A stretch of DNA of 64,000 nt, taken from contig NZ_JMCB01000024.1 of NCBI RefSeq assembly GCF_000737315.1, forward strand, positions 92,604 through 156,603, given 5' to 3'. Every line of letters begins with the position of its first letter. Position 1 is the stretch's first letter. Shown here piece after piece: positions 34,921 through 47,756 of this stretch. The notes under the pieces were generated by a model. It was given only the letters and a program-made list of their open reading frames with translations. It was not told the origin of the DNA and did not search any database. A program made the translations under genes and the position numbers. The DNA is from Hyalangium minutum. GTDB taxonomy: Bacteria; Myxococcota; Myxococcia; Myxococcales; Myxococcaceae.

Positions 34921-36633
34921 CTAGAACGCGGAGCCGCTCGCGCGAACACCGGGCGAGGAGGTGCGGCTCGACACCAGCGTGGTGTGCAGCACGAACGTCG
35001 TGCTGGTGCTGCTGGCATCCGGGCTCCGGTTGGCCGACACGCCGTCCGTGCCCGTGAGCGACGAGCTGAACGAGACCGTGTCCACCGTCGTCCCCGACGC
35101 GTTCTTCACCGTCACCGTCTCGGTGCTGTTGCTCAGGTTGAGCGAGCCTGTGGACGCCGCCACCGCGTTGGTCAGACCTGCCGGAATAGCCGAGGCCCCA
35201 CCGAAGATGACGATCGCCTTCCCCGCCCCCAGGCTGGTGCCGCTGGCGAACGTGTGCCGCAGACCCGCCGCGTCCGACACCGTCCACCCGGCCAGGCTCA
35301 CCGCCGTGCTGCCAGGGTTCACCAACTCCACGAACTCGCCGTTCACGTCCGAGCCTGGCTCGTTGATGAGCACCTCGTTGATGAACACCGTCCCCGAACC
35401 CCCGCCACCGCCCGTGGTGACGGTGAAGGCCGCGTTGCTGGAGTCCGTCACGGCCGAGTTGGACGCATCGCTCACGCGCACCTTCGCCGCCGTGGTGGCG
35501 CTGCTCGGCACCGTCCACGTGTAGCTGCCCGTGGAGGCAGACGTGCTGGAGGTGATCACCGTCCAGGTGCTGCCATCCAGCGTGTACTCCAGCTTCACGT
35601 TCGTCACGCCCGAGGCCGACCAGGTGACGGACTGGCTGCTGCCGCCCGCCCAGCTCTCGCCGCCGTTGGGCGAGGTGACCGTGACGCCCGCGCTGGTGGT
35701 GTCACCCGGGATGAGGAAGTCCTTGATGATGCCCATGTGCTGCATGTTCGTGGCGCCGCTGTCGCTGGCCAGCGCCGGAGAGATCTCCGCGATGGGCGAG
35801 TACACGCGCGTGTCCGCCACCAGGCCTCCGGAGAAGGTGCTGCCGCCAATCACCGTGGCCACCTGGTACGCGCGCAGATCGCTGTCCACCAGCACGTGAT
35901 CGTACGGCTTGGCGCGGCCTGCGTTGGTGTTGGTGTTGCCGTTGCGGTCGGCCGGGTACGGGCTGGCCGTCGTGACCACGGAGGAGAAGGTGCTGAAGGC
36001 CGCCTCGCTGCGGCTGTCCGTGTTGAAGTCACCGCCGATGGCCAGGTAGTCCCCCGTGGGGATGTTGGCCTTGATGAAGTTCACCAGGTTGGTGGCCTCC
36101 GTGTTGCGCACGCTGCTGCTCGCGGTCAGCAGGTGCACGCTCACCACCCAAAGGTCCTTCGGCCCCGGCACGTCGATGCGCGCCCACGCGAAGTCGCGGT
36201 TGTCCACCTGGGTGTCGTCCCACTCGCCCGAGGCGATGATCGGGTAGCGGCTGATCACGCCGTTGGGGATCTGCGCGCCGGCCTCCCGGTAATAATAGAA
36301 GCTGGTGCCGAACGCGTTGTTGACGAAGGTCCGGATGGCCGTGGCCGAGTTGTCCCCGTAGTTGAACTCCTGGATCATCACCACGTCCGGCTTGGTGCCC
36401 TTGAAGATGCGGATGCCCTCGCCCGGGTCGTAGCTCTGCAGGTTCCCGCTGGTGATGTTGGCCGCCATGAGCCGCAGCGGCACGCTCGCCGCCAACTGCT
36501 CGGTGCCCAGGGTGTCATTGTCCACCCGCTCCTGCTCGGTACCACCGCATGAGGCGAGTACCAGAGAGAGGAGGGCCGCTAGCAGACGGCGGTCCAGGAG
36601 TGAAGGCCTCGAAGAAGCTTGGGGGATTCGCAC
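34921..36633 (-). CDS. Endonuclease/exonuclease/phosphatase lipoprotein with lamin-tail domain
   Basis: Lipobox LASC; MAANI, IQEF, GGDFN, YDH, QH motifs; C-terminal VFINEVL...EFVELVN. Confidence 0.85.
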   Translation of the reverse strand: MRIPQASSRPSLLDRRLLAALLSLVLASCGGTEQERVDNDTLGTEQLAASVPLRLMAANITSGNLQSYDPGEGIRIFKGTKPDVVMIQEFNYGDNSATAIRTFVNNAFGTSFYYYREAGAQIPNGVISRYPIIASGEWDDTQVDNRDFAWARIDVPGPKDLWVVSVHLLTASSSVRNTEATNLVNFIKANIPTGDYLAIGGDFNTDSRSEAAFSTFSSVVTTASPYPADRNGNTNTNAGRAKPYDHVLVDSDLRAYQVATVIGGSTFSGGLVADTRVYSPIAEISPALASDSGATNMQHMGIIKDFLIPGDTTSAGVTVTSPNGGESWAGGSSQSVTWSASGVTNVKLEYTLDGSTWTVITSSTSASTGSYTWTVPSSATTAAKVRVSDASNSAVTDSSNAAFTVTTGGGGGSGTVFINEVLINEPGSDVNGEFVELVNPGSTAVSLAGWTVSDAAGLRHTFASGTSLGAGKAIVIFGGASAIPAGLTNAVAASTGSLNLSNSTETVTVKNASGTTVDTVSFSSSLTGTDGVSANRSPDASSTSTTFVLHTTLVSSRTSSPGVRASGSAF

Positions 36634-36695
36634 GATGAGTTGGGTCCTGCTCCAAAGCCGGAGCGGTGAGGGGGTTCATGGAGACACCGTCTCCA

Positions 36696-36724
36696 GGTGA
36701 AACAGGCTCGGATCCTGTTTCACC
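36696..36724. terminator. Perfect 11-bp hairpin (terminator or operator)
   Basis: GGTGAAACAGG-N7-CCTGTTTCACC. Confidence 0.45.
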
Positions 36725-36785
36725 GTGCTCATTATCGCCTCGGATAACCGAGCCGTTGCGTCAAGCGTGTAAATTGACGGGCTGC

Positions 36786-37259
36786 TCACAGCGCGGTCAT
36801 CGCGGACACCGCCGCGAAGACATAACGAAGCCCCTTTCCTACGGTGGTGAACACCAGGAACGGAAGCACTCGCACTCCCACGAGCCCCGCGGCGAGGACG
36901 AACGCGTCCCCCACGATGGGCAGCCACGACATGAGGAGCACGGGAGCCCCCCACCGCCCCAGCCGCAACCGGGCCCGTTCCAGCCGGGGCGCATCCCGGT
37001 GCGTGCGGCGCGCCAGCCATCGCTCCAGGCGCCCGCCGCCGCCGCGCGCGCCCCACCGCCCCAGCAGGTAGAGCGACAGCGCTCCCAGCACGTTGCCCAC
37101 CGTGGCCACCGTGACGGCCGCCACCGGCGAGACGCCTCCGGCGAGCACTGCCACGAGCAGCGCCTCGGAGGGCATCGGCACGATGGAGCCTGCGAGGACT
37201 GCGGCGAGGAAGAGACCGGGCAAGCCCCAGCCAGCAAACCCGGACGGATCGGAAATCAC
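36786..37259 (-). CDS. YqaA/DedA (SNARE-associated) membrane protein
   Basis: LAGSIVPMPSE, GNVLG, SWLPIVGD, GKGLRY; GTG start inferred. Confidence 0.85.
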   Translation of the reverse strand: MISDPSGFAGWGLPGLFLAAVLAGSIVPMPSEALLVAVLAGGVSPVAAVTVATVGNVLGALSLYLLGRWGARGGGGRLERWLARRTHRDAPRLERARLRLGRWGAPVLLMSWLPIVGDAFVLAAGLVGVRVLPFLVFTTVGKGLRYVFAAVSAMTAL

Positions 37260-37398
37260 GGACGCAAGATTTGCACGGCAAGGGAGGCCTCGCGACCTCC
37301 ACGCAATCCTTGCGGGCCAGAGGCATCCCTCAGAGCCCACTGTCGCTGGCATCACCATTGCTCAGGCTTCAGGGCCTCCCTTCCTGAGAAAAACTCAC

Positions 37399-38541
37399 AT
37401 GACCCCCACCCCCGCTTCGGCTTCCCCTGATCTGCGCCTGGTTCCTGTCGAGATTGCTCCCGAGACTTTCTGGGTTGGGAAGCGAGATCCCGGCAGCATC
37501 TTCTACGCGAACCCCTACCTGCGCCGCTTCCGGGGTACGGACCCGAAGACGCAGCGCCAGAACGAGTTCAACCTCCTCATCGATCCGGGCTCGAGCAGCG
37601 ACTTCTCCAGCATCCACACCAAGGTGACGTCGCTCATCGGCGGGCTGGATCGGCTCTCGGCGGTCTTCATCAACCACCAGGATCCGGACGTGGGCTCGTC
37701 CGCGGCGATCATCTCCGCGCGCTACGCACCTCGCGCGGGCATCGTCTGCTCGGAGGACACCTGGCGGCTCATCGTCCACTTCAACCTGCCGCGCAACCGC
37801 TTCATCGCCACGGAGAAGTTCGCCCAGGGCCTCAACGTGCCCACCGGCCACAAGCTGCTGCCGGTGCCCTCACCCTTCTGCCACTTCCGGGGCGCGGTGA
37901 TGCTGTATGACCCGCAGACCCGGGTGCTCTTCTCGGGAGACCTGTTCGGCGGCCTCACCGACGCGGCCGCCCAGGGGCTGTGGGCCGAGGAGAGCGACTG
38001 GAAGGGCATCCGCGCCTTCCATCAGATCTACATGCCGGTGAACACGGCGCTGCAGCGCGCGGTGGACACCATCCGCAAGCTCACGCCCGCCGTGGAGATG
38101 ATCGCGCCCCAGCACGGGCGTGTCGTCCGCGGGCCGTTGGTGCAGCAGTTCCTGGAGCGCATGGAGCGGCTCCAGGTGGGCCTGGACATCATGGACGAGG
38201 CCCAGGACCGCACCCATCTGCAGGCATGGAACTCGGTGGTGGACCGCGTGGTGACGCTGGCGCACGGCTACCTGGGAGCCTCGGTGGAGGCCAAGCTGAC
38301 CACCAGCCAGGAGCTGGCGGACACGGCCACCTACGATGGACAGCGACTGACCGTGAAGCGCCTGGGCAAGTGGACCCTGGAGCACGTGGTGGGCCTGCTG
38401 TGCCAGGGCGAGCCGCCGGAGATCGCCGGCCCCATTATCGTCGAGGCCACCAGCGCCGCCGCCGAGTACAACCTGCCCACGCCGCACCTGGACATCGAGG
38501 GCAACGGCGCGCAGTCGCAGGTGTCCCTGCTCACCGCTTAG
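37399..38541 (+). CDS. MBL-fold di-iron protein (ODP-like) with C-terminal extension
   Basis: LLIDPG, NHQDPDVG, FCHFRG, LFSGDLFG, FHQIYMP, IAPQHG. Confidence 0.8.
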   Translation: MTPTPASASPDLRLVPVEIAPETFWVGKRDPGSIFYANPYLRRFRGTDPKTQRQNEFNLLIDPGSSSDFSSIHTKVTSLIGGLDRLSAVFINHQDPDVGSSAAIISARYAPRAGIVCSEDTWRLIVHFNLPRNRFIATEKFAQGLNVPTGHKLLPVPSPFCHFRGAVMLYDPQTRVLFSGDLFGGLTDAAAQGLWAEESDWKGIRAFHQIYMPVNTALQRAVDTIRKLTPAVEMIAPQHGRVVRGPLVQQFLERMERLQVGLDIMDEAQDRTHLQAWNSVVDRVVTLAHGYLGASVEAKLTTSQELADTATYDGQRLTVKRLGKWTLEHVVGLLCQGEPPEIAGPIIVEATSAAAEYNLPTPHLDIEGNGAQSQVSLLTA

Positions 38542-38559
38542 CCTCTGACGGAGCCCTCT

Positions 38560-39588
<1,029 letters not shown>

Positions 39589-39666
39589 GCGCTGAGTGAG
39601 GCACCTCCCCGCCTACTTCCTTGGTAGGGTGGGGGTGGAGACCTTGAACAGCGGAGGGAGCGGGGC

Positions 39667-40125
39667 ATGCCACAGATGGACAGCTATACGCAGTACACCC
39701 TGGAGTTGCTGGAGCCTCTGGGGGCCGTACAAACGCGCTTCATGTTCGGTGGGTGGGGCTTCTCTTACGGCGGGCGGATGTTCGGGCTCATCGTCGACGG
39801 CCGGTTCTATCTGAAGACCGACGAGCTCACGCGCCCCGCCTTCGAGGCGGCCGGCTGCACGCAGTGGGTCTACGACAACGGCAAGGGCAAGCCTCCGGTC
39901 GCCATGCCCTACTTCACGCCTCCCGCCGATGCGGCCGATGACGCCCGGGAGCTGCTGCCCTGGGCGCGCCGCGCCGTCGAGGCAGCCCAGCGCGCGGCCG
40001 CGAAGAAGAAGAAGCCCTCGGGCGCCAAGAAGGCTGCGGCGAAGAAGGCCCCGGCGGCGAAGAAGGCGCCCGCGAAGAAGAAGGCCCCGGCGGCGAAGAA
40101 GAAGACCGCGCTCAAGCGGTCTTGA
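39667..40125 (+). CDS. TfoX/Sxy family protein with Lys/Ala-rich tail
   Basis: [19 protein letters not shown]; C-terminal AKKAPA repeats. Confidence 0.85.
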   Translation: MPQMDSYTQYTLELLEPLGAVQTRFMFGGWGFSYGGRMFGLIVDGRFYLKTDELTRPAFEAAGCTQWVYDNGKGKPPVAMPYFTPPADAADDARELLPWARRAVEAAQRAAAKKKKPSGAKKAAAKKAPAAKKAPAKKKAPAAKKKTALKRS

Positions 40126-41755
40126 TGGCTGCGGCGGCCTGAAGGCCCAGCTCGGCCACGGACAGCTCGCGCATCCGGAACTTCTGCACCTTCCCCGTCA
40201 CGGTCATGGGGAATTCCTCCACGAACTTCCAGTAGCGCGGGATCTTGAAGGTGGAGATCTTCCCCGTGCAGAAGGTCACCAGCTCGGCCTCCGCCAGCTT
40301 CACGCCCGGCTTCGCCTTCACCCAGGCCATCACCTCTTCGCCATACTTCTCGCTCGGCACGCCGATGACTTGGGCCTCGCTCACGCCCGGGTGGGTGTGG
40401 AGGAACTCCTCGATCTCTCGCGGGTACACGTTCTCTCCACCGCGGATGATCATGTCCTTGATGCGTCCGACGATCTTCACGTACCCGTCCGCGTCCATGG
40501 TGGCCAAATCCCCGGTGTGCATCCACCCGGCCATGTCGACGGAGCTCCGAGTGGCCTCCACGTTGTTCCAGTACCCGAGCATCACGCTGTAGCCCCGCGT
40601 GCACAGCTCGCCCGGCGTGCCGCGCGGCACCACCGCGCCCGTCTCGGCGTCCACGATCTTCACCTCGATGTGAGGGTGAACGCGGCCCACGGTGGACACG
40701 CGCCGGTCCAGCGGATCATCCAGCGAGCTCTGCGTGGACACTGGCGAGGTCTCCGTCATGCCGTAGCAGATGGTGACCTCGCGCATGTTCATCCGCGACT
40801 GCACCTTCTTCATCACCTCCACCGGGCAGGGCGAGCCCGCCATGATGCCAGTGCGCAGCGACGTCAGCTCGAACTCGCCGAAGCGCGGGTGATCCAGCTC
40901 CGCGATGAACATGGTGGGCACCCCGTACAGCGAGGTGCAGCGCTCGGCCTGCACCGTCTCGAGCACTGCCAGCGGGTCGAACGCCTCCGCGGGGATGACC
41001 ATGCATGAGCCATGAGAGGTGCACGCCAGGTTGCCCATCACCATCCCGAAGCAGTGGTAGAACGGCACGGGGATGCATACCCGATCCTCCGCGCTGTAGC
41101 CCACCATCTCCCCAACAAAGAACCCGTTGTTGAGCACGTTGTGGTGCGACAGCGTGGCACCCTTGGGGAAGCCCGTGGTGCCGGACGTGTACTGGATGTT
41201 GATCGGGTCATCGAACTGGAGCGAGTCCTCGCGGTCCGTCAGCGTGCGCTCGCTCACCTTCGCCCCATTGGAGAGCAGCAGCTCCCAGTCGTCGTCCAGC
41301 ACCAGCGCCACCCGCAGCTCCGGACACTTGGAGCGCACCTCCTCCAGCATCTTCCGGTAGTCGCTCTGCCGGAAGGCGCGGGCGAGCAGCAGCACGCTCG
41401 TGCCGGACTGGCGCAGCGCGTACTCCAGCTCCGCTGTCTTATATGCGGGGTTGAGGTTCACCAGGATGGCGCCGATGCGTGCCGCCGCGTACTGCGTCAC
41501 CACCCACTCGAAGCGGTTGGGAGACCAGATGCCCACGCGGTCCCCCTTCGCCACGCCGAACGCCAGCAGCCCCCGGGCCACCTGCGAGGTCAACTCCCAG
41601 AGCTGCCGGTACGTGGCGCGGAAGTTCTGGGAGCGAACGACGAGGGCCTCCCGGTCCCCATGCTGTTCCACGGTCCGTCGGAGGTTCTGGCCAATCGTCT
41701 CCCCCAAGAGCGGGGTGCTGCTGGTGCCGTGGGAGTAGGAAGGAGCGAAGGACAT
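40112..41755 (-). CDS. AMP-binding acyl-CoA synthetase
   Basis: [42 protein letters not shown]; start [10 protein letters not shown]. Confidence 0.92.
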   Translation of the reverse strand: MSFAPSYSHGTSSTPLLGETIGQNLRRTVEQHGDREALVVRSQNFRATYRQLWELTSQVARGLLAFGVAKGDRVGIWSPNRFEWVVTQYAAARIGAILVNLNPAYKTAELEYALRQSGTSVLLLARAFRQSDYRKMLEEVRSKCPELRVALVLDDDWELLLSNGAKVSERTLTDREDSLQFDDPINIQYTSGTTGFPKGATLSHHNVLNNGFFVGEMVGYSAEDRVCIPVPFYHCFGMVMGNLACTSHGSCMVIPAEAFDPLAVLETVQAERCTSLYGVPTMFIAELDHPRFGEFELTSLRTGIMAGSPCPVEVMKKVQSRMNMREVTICYGMTETSPVSTQSSLDDPLDRRVSTVGRVHPHIEVKIVDAETGAVVPRGTPGELCTRGYSVMLGYWNNVEATRSSVDMAGWMHTGDLATMDADGYVKIVGRIKDMIIRGGENVYPREIEEFLHTHPGVSEAQVIGVPSEKYGEEVMAWVKAKPGVKLAEAELVTFCTGKISTFKIPRYWKFVEEFPMTVTGKVQKFRMRELSVAELGLQAAAAIKTA

Positions 41756-41873
41756 GGCCGATCCTGTTCCCGAGCGCACGTGGGTCGCAAGACCTGAGGC
41801 ACCTTCCCCATCGGGCATCCTGCACTCCACTTCGTGCGGCGAGTCCCGGAGGAGTGCGTTAGGAAGGGCGCCC

Positions 41874-42884
41874 ATGACCATCAAAGCCTTCGCCGCCCTG
41901 GGAAAGGGCAAGCCCCTGGAGCCGTTCTCGTTCGATCCCAAGCCGCTCGCGGCGCACGAGGTGGAGGTGAAGATCTCCCACTGCGGCGTGTGCCACAGCG
42001 ATCTTCACCTGGTGAAGGATGACTGGGGCATGAGCAGTTTCCCGCTGGTGCCGGGCCACGAAGTCATTGGCACCGTTCATCAGGTGGGCTCGGGCGTGAC
42101 GCAGCTCAAGCCGGGCCAGCGCGTGGGCATTGGCTGGCAGTCGGACTCGTGTGGCGAGTGTGAGTGGTGCTCGCGCGGCGAGGAGAACCTCTGCGTCCGG
42201 GCCGCTCCCACGTGCGTGGGCCGCCACGGCGGCTTCGCCGAGTTCATCCGCGTCAACAGCCACTTCGCCATCCCCGTGCCGGACAACCTCTCCTCGGAGA
42301 GCGCCGCGCCGCTGCTGTGTGGTGGCATCACCGTGTTCTCGCCCATGCGCGCCCAGCAGCTCGGGCCGCAGCACCGGGTGGGCATCATCGGCATTGGCGG
42401 CCTGGGCCACATGGCGCTGCAGTTCGCCCGGGCCTTTGGTTCCGAGGTGACGGCCTTCTCCACCTCTGCGGACAAGGAGGCCGAGGCCAAGCGCATGGGC
42501 GCTCACCACTTCGTGGCCACCCAAAACCCCGAGGCGATCAAGAAGCTGGCCAGCTCGTTCGACTTCATCCTCTCCACCGTGAACGCGGACCTGCCCTGGC
42601 TGGACTACGTGTCCGCCCTGCGCCCCTATGGCAACCTGTGCTTCGTGGGCGCGCCTCCCTCCAACCTGAGCGTCCCCGTCTTCTCCCTCATCTCCGGCAA
42701 CAAGCGCATCTCCGCCAGCAACACCGGCAACACCGCCGGCCTGCGCGAGATGCTCCAGGTGGCCGCTCGCCACGGCGTGAAGGCGCAGACCGAGCGCTTC
42801 CCTCTGGACCAGGTCAACCAAGCCATCAGCCGCGTGGCTCGCAACGAGGTGCGCTACCGCGCCGTCCTCGAAATCGGCGCCTGA
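41874..42884 (+). CDS. Zn-dependent NAD(P)H alcohol dehydrogenase (Ahr/cinnamyl-ADH-like)
   Basis: CGVCHSD, GHE, CGECEWC..G.ENLC, GIGGLG, RYRAVL. Confidence 0.92.
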   Translation: MTIKAFAALGKGKPLEPFSFDPKPLAAHEVEVKISHCGVCHSDLHLVKDDWGMSSFPLVPGHEVIGTVHQVGSGVTQLKPGQRVGIGWQSDSCGECEWCSRGEENLCVRAAPTCVGRHGGFAEFIRVNSHFAIPVPDNLSSESAAPLLCGGITVFSPMRAQQLGPQHRVGIIGIGGLGHMALQFARAFGSEVTAFSTSADKEAEAKRMGAHHFVATQNPEAIKKLASSFDFILSTVNADLPWLDYVSALRPYGNLCFVGAPPSNLSVPVFSLISGNKRISASNTGNTAGLREMLQVAARHGVKAQTERFPLDQVNQAISRVARNEVRYRAVLEIGA

Positions 42885-43004
42885 GGGCTCTCTTTGAGAG
42901 GGAGTAGGCGCCTGTAGTGGAAACAAGCGGGGCGGAGGCCCATCCGTTATACTGGAAAAACCTCCGCCAACCCCCGCCCTCCTGGGCTAAGGTGCCGCAC
43001 CTCC

Positions 43005-43850
43005 ATGGACGCCCCCCACGACAAGCTGCTCGCGGTGCTGCTGGAGAGCCGCCAGCGCCAGTGCTTCCCCCCGGACATCCGCACCGCCGCGCCGGAGTTC
43101 GTCCAGAAGGTGCTGGGGCTGCTGTTCCCCCACTTCGCCGACCAGTTGGAGTGCCACCCGTCCGCCGTGAAGCGAGACGTGATGGCGGTGGAGGCCCACC
43201 TCGTCCGGCTGCAGTCGCTGCTGGCGCCGCTCTACCCGGAAGTGGACCCCACCCTCCCGCGGCGCTTCATGGAGCAGTTGCCGGAGATCTACGCGTGGCT
43301 GCAGCAGGACGCGGAGTCCATCCACAAGGCCGACCCCGCCGCGCGCAGCGTGGATGAAGTCATCCTCACCTACCCGGGCTTCTACGCCATCGCCATCTTC
43401 CGCGTGGCGCATGCGCTGCACACGCTGGGCATGCCGCTGCTGCCCCGCCTGCTCACCGAGTTCGCCCACCAGCGCACCGGCGTGGACATCCACCCGGGCG
43501 CCACCATCGGCCGGCGCTTCGTCATCGACCACGGCACGGGTGTGGTGATTGGCGAGACGACGGTGATCGGAGATGGGGTGAAGATCTACCAGGGCGTGAC
43601 GCTGGGCGCGCTCGTGGTGGAGAAGAACCTGTCCAACAAGAAGCGGCACCCCACGCTGGAGAACGAGGTGGTGGTGTACGCCAACGCCACCATCCTGGGC
43701 GGAGACACCGTGGTGGGCTGGGGCACCGTCATCGCCGGCAACGCGTGGCTCACCCAGAGCGTGCCGCCCCAGTCCATCGTCACCCGCCGCACCGAGGTCC
43801 GCCACCGCGTCTCCGACGTGGACCTGGGCGAGATCGAATTCCACATCTGA
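43005..43850 (+). CDS. cysE: Serine O-acetyltransferase
   Basis: DPAA, YPG, GVDIHPGA, IDHGTGVVIGET, YQGVTLG, KRHPT. Confidence 0.93.
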   Translation: MDAPHDKLLAVLLESRQRQCFPPDIRTAAPEFVQKVLGLLFPHFADQLECHPSAVKRDVMAVEAHLVRLQSLLAPLYPEVDPTLPRRFMEQLPEIYAWLQQDAESIHKADPAARSVDEVILTYPGFYAIAIFRVAHALHTLGMPLLPRLLTEFAHQRTGVDIHPGATIGRRFVIDHGTGVVIGETTVIGDGVKIYQGVTLGALVVEKNLSNKKRHPTLENEVVVYANATILGGDTVVGWGTVIAGNAWLTQSVPPQSIVTRRTEVRHRVSDVDLGEIEFHI

Positions 43851-43889
43851 ACCACCGCGCAGTTCCCTAACCCGCGAGGCCCATCCGCA

Positions 43890-44801
43890 ATGAAGGCAGC
43901 CAACATCCTGCAGACCATTGGCAACACTCCTCACGTGAAGGTCAACCGGCTCTTCCCCTCGCGTGTCGAGGTCTACATCAAGCTGGAGCGCGCCAACCCG
44001 GGTGGCAGCATCAAGGACCGCATTGGCCTGGCCATGATTGAGGACGCCGAGCAACGCGGCATCCTCAAGAAGGACAGCGTCATCATCGAGCCGACCTCGG
44101 GCAACACGGGCATTGGCCTGGCGATGGTGGCGGCGGTGAAGGGCTACAAGCTCATCCTGGTCATGCCCGAGTCCATGAGCCTGGAGCGACGCCGGCTGAT
44201 GGCGGCGTACGGCGCGCAGCTGGAGCTGACGCCTCGGGCCGGCGGCATGAAGGGGGCCATTGCCCGCGCGCAGGAGCTGGTGGCGCAGACGCCCAACGCG
44301 TGGATGCCGCAGCAGTTCGAGAACGAGGCCAACATCGCGGTGCACAAGCGCACCACGGCGAAGGAGATCCTCCAGGACTTCCCCGAGGGGCTGGACTACC
44401 TCATCACGGGCGTGGGCACGGGCGGCCACATCACCGCGTGCGCCGAGGAGCTGAAGAAGGCCTGGCCCAAGCTGAAGGTGTTCGCGGTGGAGCCGGTCAA
44501 GTCGGCGGTGATCAGCGGTGGGCAGCCGGGGCCGCACCCCATCCAGGGCATCGGCGCGGGCTTCATCCCGAAGAACCTGCACGTGGAGGCCATTGATGGG
44601 GCAATCGCCATCCCCGAGGAGGAGGCGTTCGACTTCGCCCGCCGCTCGGCGAAGGAGGAGGGCATCTTCGTGGGCATCTCCTCGGGCGCGGCGCTGGCGG
44701 CGGTGAACCGGAAGCTGGCGGAGATCCCCGACGGCAGCCGAGTGCTCACCTTCTGCTACGACACGGGCGAGCGCTACCTCTCCATCGAGAACCTGTTCTA
44801 A
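43890..44801 (+). CDS. cysK: Cysteine synthase A
   Basis: [48 protein letters not shown]. Confidence 0.96.
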   Translation: MKAANILQTIGNTPHVKVNRLFPSRVEVYIKLERANPGGSIKDRIGLAMIEDAEQRGILKKDSVIIEPTSGNTGIGLAMVAAVKGYKLILVMPESMSLERRRLMAAYGAQLELTPRAGGMKGAIARAQELVAQTPNAWMPQQFENEANIAVHKRTTAKEILQDFPEGLDYLITGVGTGGHITACAEELKKAWPKLKVFAVEPVKSAVISGGQPGPHPIQGIGAGFIPKNLHVEAIDGAIAIPEEEAFDFARRSAKEEGIFVGISSGAALAAVNRKLAEIPDGSRVLTFCYDTGERYLSIENLF

Positions 44802-44816
44802 GCCTGGGCGGGCGCC

Positions 44817-46079
44817 TCACGCGCGCCCGCGCAGCATCAGCCCCCAGTAGAAGCGCGGCAGGCCGTACTTCTTCATCAGCCACATGTCGCGCCGCTCCTG
44901 AAGGGTGTTGATGAGCGGAAAGCTGGGCGTGGGCTTGCCGTCGTAGTCGAACTCGGCGAGCAGCAGCTTGCCGTAGCCGGTGGTGAGCGGGCACGAGGCG
45001 TAGCCGTCATAACGCGCCTCGGGCTTGTGGCCCGCCAGCACCGCCAGCAGGTTCTCCACCAGCACCGGCGCCTGCTTGCGGATGGCCGCCCCCGTGCGCG
45101 AGGTGGGCAGGTCCGACGCGTCACCCAGCGCGAACACCTCCGGGTAATCTGGATGCTGCAGCGTGTACTTGTCCGCCTTCACCCAGCCCTTGCTCGGGCC
45201 CTCCCGCCACGCGAGCGGGCTGCGCTGGATGAAGTCGGGTGCACTCTGCGGCGGCGTCACGTGCAGCAAGTCGTACGGGATGACCGTCTCTGCCCTCCCC
45301 CCATCTTCGCGTGACACCTCGAAGACGGCCTCGCGCTTGTCTCCGCGCACCTCCACGAGGTTGTGCTGGAAGCGGGTGTCGATGCCGTAGCGCGCCACCA
45401 CCCCATTGAGCACCTCGGCGAACGGCTTCACGCCGAAGATGGCCTTGCCCCCCGAGCCGAAGAGGATCTTCGTGCGCTCCAGCTTCCCCGTGCGCCGCCA
45501 GTGGTCCGCCGCCAGATACATGATCTTCTGCGGCGCCCCCGCGCACTTCACCGGCGTGGCCGGGTGAGTGAAGAGCGCCGTGCCCCCATCGAACTTCTGG
45601 ATGAGCTCCCACGTCTTCGGCGCCAACGCGAAGTCGTAGTTGCTGGAGACATGCGGCGTCTTCAACGCCTCACGCAGCCCGCGCACCTTGTCCCAGTCCA
45701 GCTGGATGCCCGGCGCCACCACCAGCACGTCGTAGCCCACACGCAGGCCAGACGCCGTGAGCACCTCGCGCGCCACTGGATCCACCTCTTCGGCGCGCTC
45801 GCGGATCCACCGCACGCCCTCGGGGATGAAGTCCGCCTCGTCCCGCACGCTGTCCTCCGCGCGCGCCGCCCCTGCTCCCACCAGCGTCCACAGCGGCTGG
45901 TAGTAGTGCTTCTGCGAGGGCTCGATGATGGCCATGTCCGTCACCCCCTGGCGCCGGAGCCTCGCCGCCACGGTGATGCCCGCCGTCCCTCCGCCAATGA
46001 GGACGACGCGGTAGCGCTCGCGCGTGGGCGCCCTCACCAGCAGCGCAGCGGGGGCCTGGGGGGTCGGTCGGTTCTCCAT
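44817..46079 (-). CDS. sqr: Sulfide:quinone oxidoreductase (type II-like)
   Basis: [38 protein letters not shown]. Confidence 0.9.
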   Translation of the reverse strand: MENRPTPQAPAALLVRAPTRERYRVVLIGGGTAGITVAARLRRQGVTDMAIIEPSQKHYYQPLWTLVGAGAARAEDSVRDEADFIPEGVRWIRERAEEVDPVAREVLTASGLRVGYDVLVVAPGIQLDWDKVRGLREALKTPHVSSNYDFALAPKTWELIQKFDGGTALFTHPATPVKCAGAPQKIMYLAADHWRRTGKLERTKILFGSGGKAIFGVKPFAEVLNGVVARYGIDTRFQHNLVEVRGDKREAVFEVSREDGGRAETVIPYDLLHVTPPQSAPDFIQRSPLAWREGPSKGWVKADKYTLQHPDYPEVFALGDASDLPTSRTGAAIRKQAPVLVENLLAVLAGHKPEARYDGYASCPLTTGYGKLLLAEFDYDGKPTPSFPLINTLQERRDMWLMKKYGLPRFYWGLMLRGRA

Positions 46080-46131
46080 GGGGCTCTCCTTCACCTGGGT
46101 TCTCCGAGGGTCCTTCTCTCCTGCTCCCCAA

Positions 46132-46147
46132 AGCATGCTGCGTGCCA
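46132..46147 (-). promoter_or_regulatory. Sigma-54 promoter of sqr
   Basis: Minus strand TGGCACGCAGCATGCT. Confidence 0.7.
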
Positions 46148-46209
46148 CCGCGTATCCCCTTGGGAGCAACTCCATGGGTGGGCCCATCGCCGAACAGCAG
46201 GGCTTCGTG

Positions 46210-46232
46210 TGAAACGTTGCTTGAAACGCTCA
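46210..46232. promoter_or_regulatory. Candidate activator sites upstream of sqr
   Basis: TGAAACGTTGC and TGAAACGCTCA, related to the sites at 47628-47651. Confidence 0.6.
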
Positions 46233-46271
46233 TGCAACATCTTCGCAACGCACGCACTCGTGCTCCGGGCT

Positions 46272-47630
46272 ATGACTGCTGTCATGAAGGCGACGACCCC
46301 GAAGCCCCCGCCCATCCCCGCGGAGGCCTTGCGACAGTCCCTGCGAGCACTCGAGGCGTTCGCAGGTCCCACCGTGCTGCTGGACTCTCAGGGCCGGGTG
46401 CTCGCCCTGGGAGCCGACGCACGGCTCCTCACCGAGGAGCGACTGTCCCCCGGTGGCAGCTTCCACGAGGCCTTCACGAGCAAGGAGGAGGAGATCCGGT
46501 CGGCGCTCCGCACCCAGCGCGACGCGATCCTCACCTTGGCGGACCCCGGTGGCTCCGCGAAGTCCCGGCCACTCCGGGTGCGCGCCACGGCGCTCACGGA
46601 GGGCAGCCGCCCCATGGGCTGGGCCGTCCACCTGGCACCCTGCCACGTCGACCCCAACAGCCGCGAGGAGCTCTTCCACGGCCTGTGGACGCAAGATCTG
46701 CGCATGCGGCGGCTCTTCCGCATCATCGAGAAGGCCGCGCGCACGGAAGCCAGCGTCCTCGTCCGAGGAGAGAGCGGCTCCGGCAAGGAGCTGGTGGCCA
46801 CCGCCTTGCACACGCTCTCGGCCCGGGCCCGGGGCCCCTTCCGCGCCATCAACTGCGCCGCGCTCTCCCCCACCCTCCTGGAGAGTGAGCTGTTTGGCCA
46901 CGTGCGCGGTGCCTTCACCGGAGCCGTCCGGGACAGCCCCGGCCACTTCCGGCTGGCCCAGGGAGGCACCCTCTTCCTGGACGAGGTAGCGGAGCTGCCC
47001 TTGGAGCTGCAGGCCAAGCTGCTGCGCGTGCTGGAGACGCGCACTGTCATTCCCGTGGGCGGCCGGGAGCCCGTCTCCGTGGACGTGCGCATCGTCGCGG
47101 CCACCCACCGGGCCCTGCGACGAGAGGTAGAACAGGGTCGCTTCCGCGCGGACCTCATGTACCGGCTGCGAGTCGTACCTATCTTCCTGCCTGCTCTCCG
47201 GGAGCGGCCGGGCGACATCCTCCCCTTGGCCGAGCGCTTCCTGGCCGAGCTCAACGCGCGCGGAGGCCGGCAGGTTTTGCGCCTCTCTGCCCGTGCCCGG
47301 CGCCAGCTCCAGGAGTACCCATGGCCCGGTAACGTGCGTGAGCTGCGCAACGTGATGGAGTACGCCCACGTCATGGGCGAGGGCCCCACGCTCACCGAGG
47401 CCGAGCTCCCCCCTGAGTTCAACGAGCAGGCCCGGCCCGTGCGCCTGCCCCTCTCTCCCGAGAGCGCTATCTCCGGGCCCGATCTGCCACAGGAGATTGG
47501 CCTCGAGGACATCCACCGGGCGCTGGCACAGACGCGGGGCAACCGGGCGCGCGCCGCCTCCCTGCTGGGCATCAGCCGCGTGACACTCTGGCGGCGGCTT
47601 CGTGAGTCCGGAGCGGCGCCTGCGCGCTGA
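46272..47630 (+). CDS. Sigma-54-dependent Fis-family activator (FisR-like)
   Basis: [28 protein letters not shown]-terminal HTH; start uncertain (46272 or 46284). Confidence 0.92.
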   Translation: MTAVMKATTPKPPPIPAEALRQSLRALEAFAGPTVLLDSQGRVLALGADARLLTEERLSPGGSFHEAFTSKEEEIRSALRTQRDAILTLADPGGSAKSRPLRVRATALTEGSRPMGWAVHLAPCHVDPNSREELFHGLWTQDLRMRRLFRIIEKAARTEASVLVRGESGSGKELVATALHTLSARARGPFRAINCAALSPTLLESELFGHVRGAFTGAVRDSPGHFRLAQGGTLFLDEVAELPLELQAKLLRVLETRTVIPVGGREPVSVDVRIVAATHRALRREVEQGRFRADLMYRLRVVPIFLPALRERPGDILPLAERFLAELNARGGRQVLRLSARARRQLQEYPWPGNVRELRNVMEYAHVMGEGPTLTEAELPPEFNEQARPVRLPLSPESAISGPDLPQEIGLEDIHRALAQTRGNRARAASLLGISRVTLWRRLRESGAAPAR

Positions 47631-47651
47631 AACGTTTCACGCAACGTTTCA
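47628..47651. promoter_or_regulatory. Candidate activator sites upstream of pdo
   Basis: Perfect palindrome TGAAACGTTTCA 47628-47639; GCAACGTTTCA 47641-47651 is the reverse complement of the 46210 site. Confidence 0.65.
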
Positions 47652-47712
47652 GCAACGGTGGCCCGGGCTATCACCCTTCGAATCTCCTCCTGCGCCAAGG
47701 GTCAGCTGGCTC

Positions 47713-47728
47713 TGGCACGAGGCTGGCA
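47713..47728 (+). promoter_or_regulatory. Sigma-54 promoter of the pdo operon
   Basis: TGGCACGAGGCTGGCA (GG-N10-GC). Confidence 0.7.
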
Positions 47729-47756
47729 ATGGTGTCCACGCAGGAGGGATGCCTTC

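Noticed and set aside
45363-46271. N-terminal extension of the sigma-54 activator in the ORF track
   Set aside because: It overlaps sqr and its promoter in antisense; the real start is near 46272-46284. Similar over-extended starts were trimmed for lodB, both rSAMs, allA, the toxin, both proteases, ODP, the acyl-CoA synthetase, ADH and pilA.
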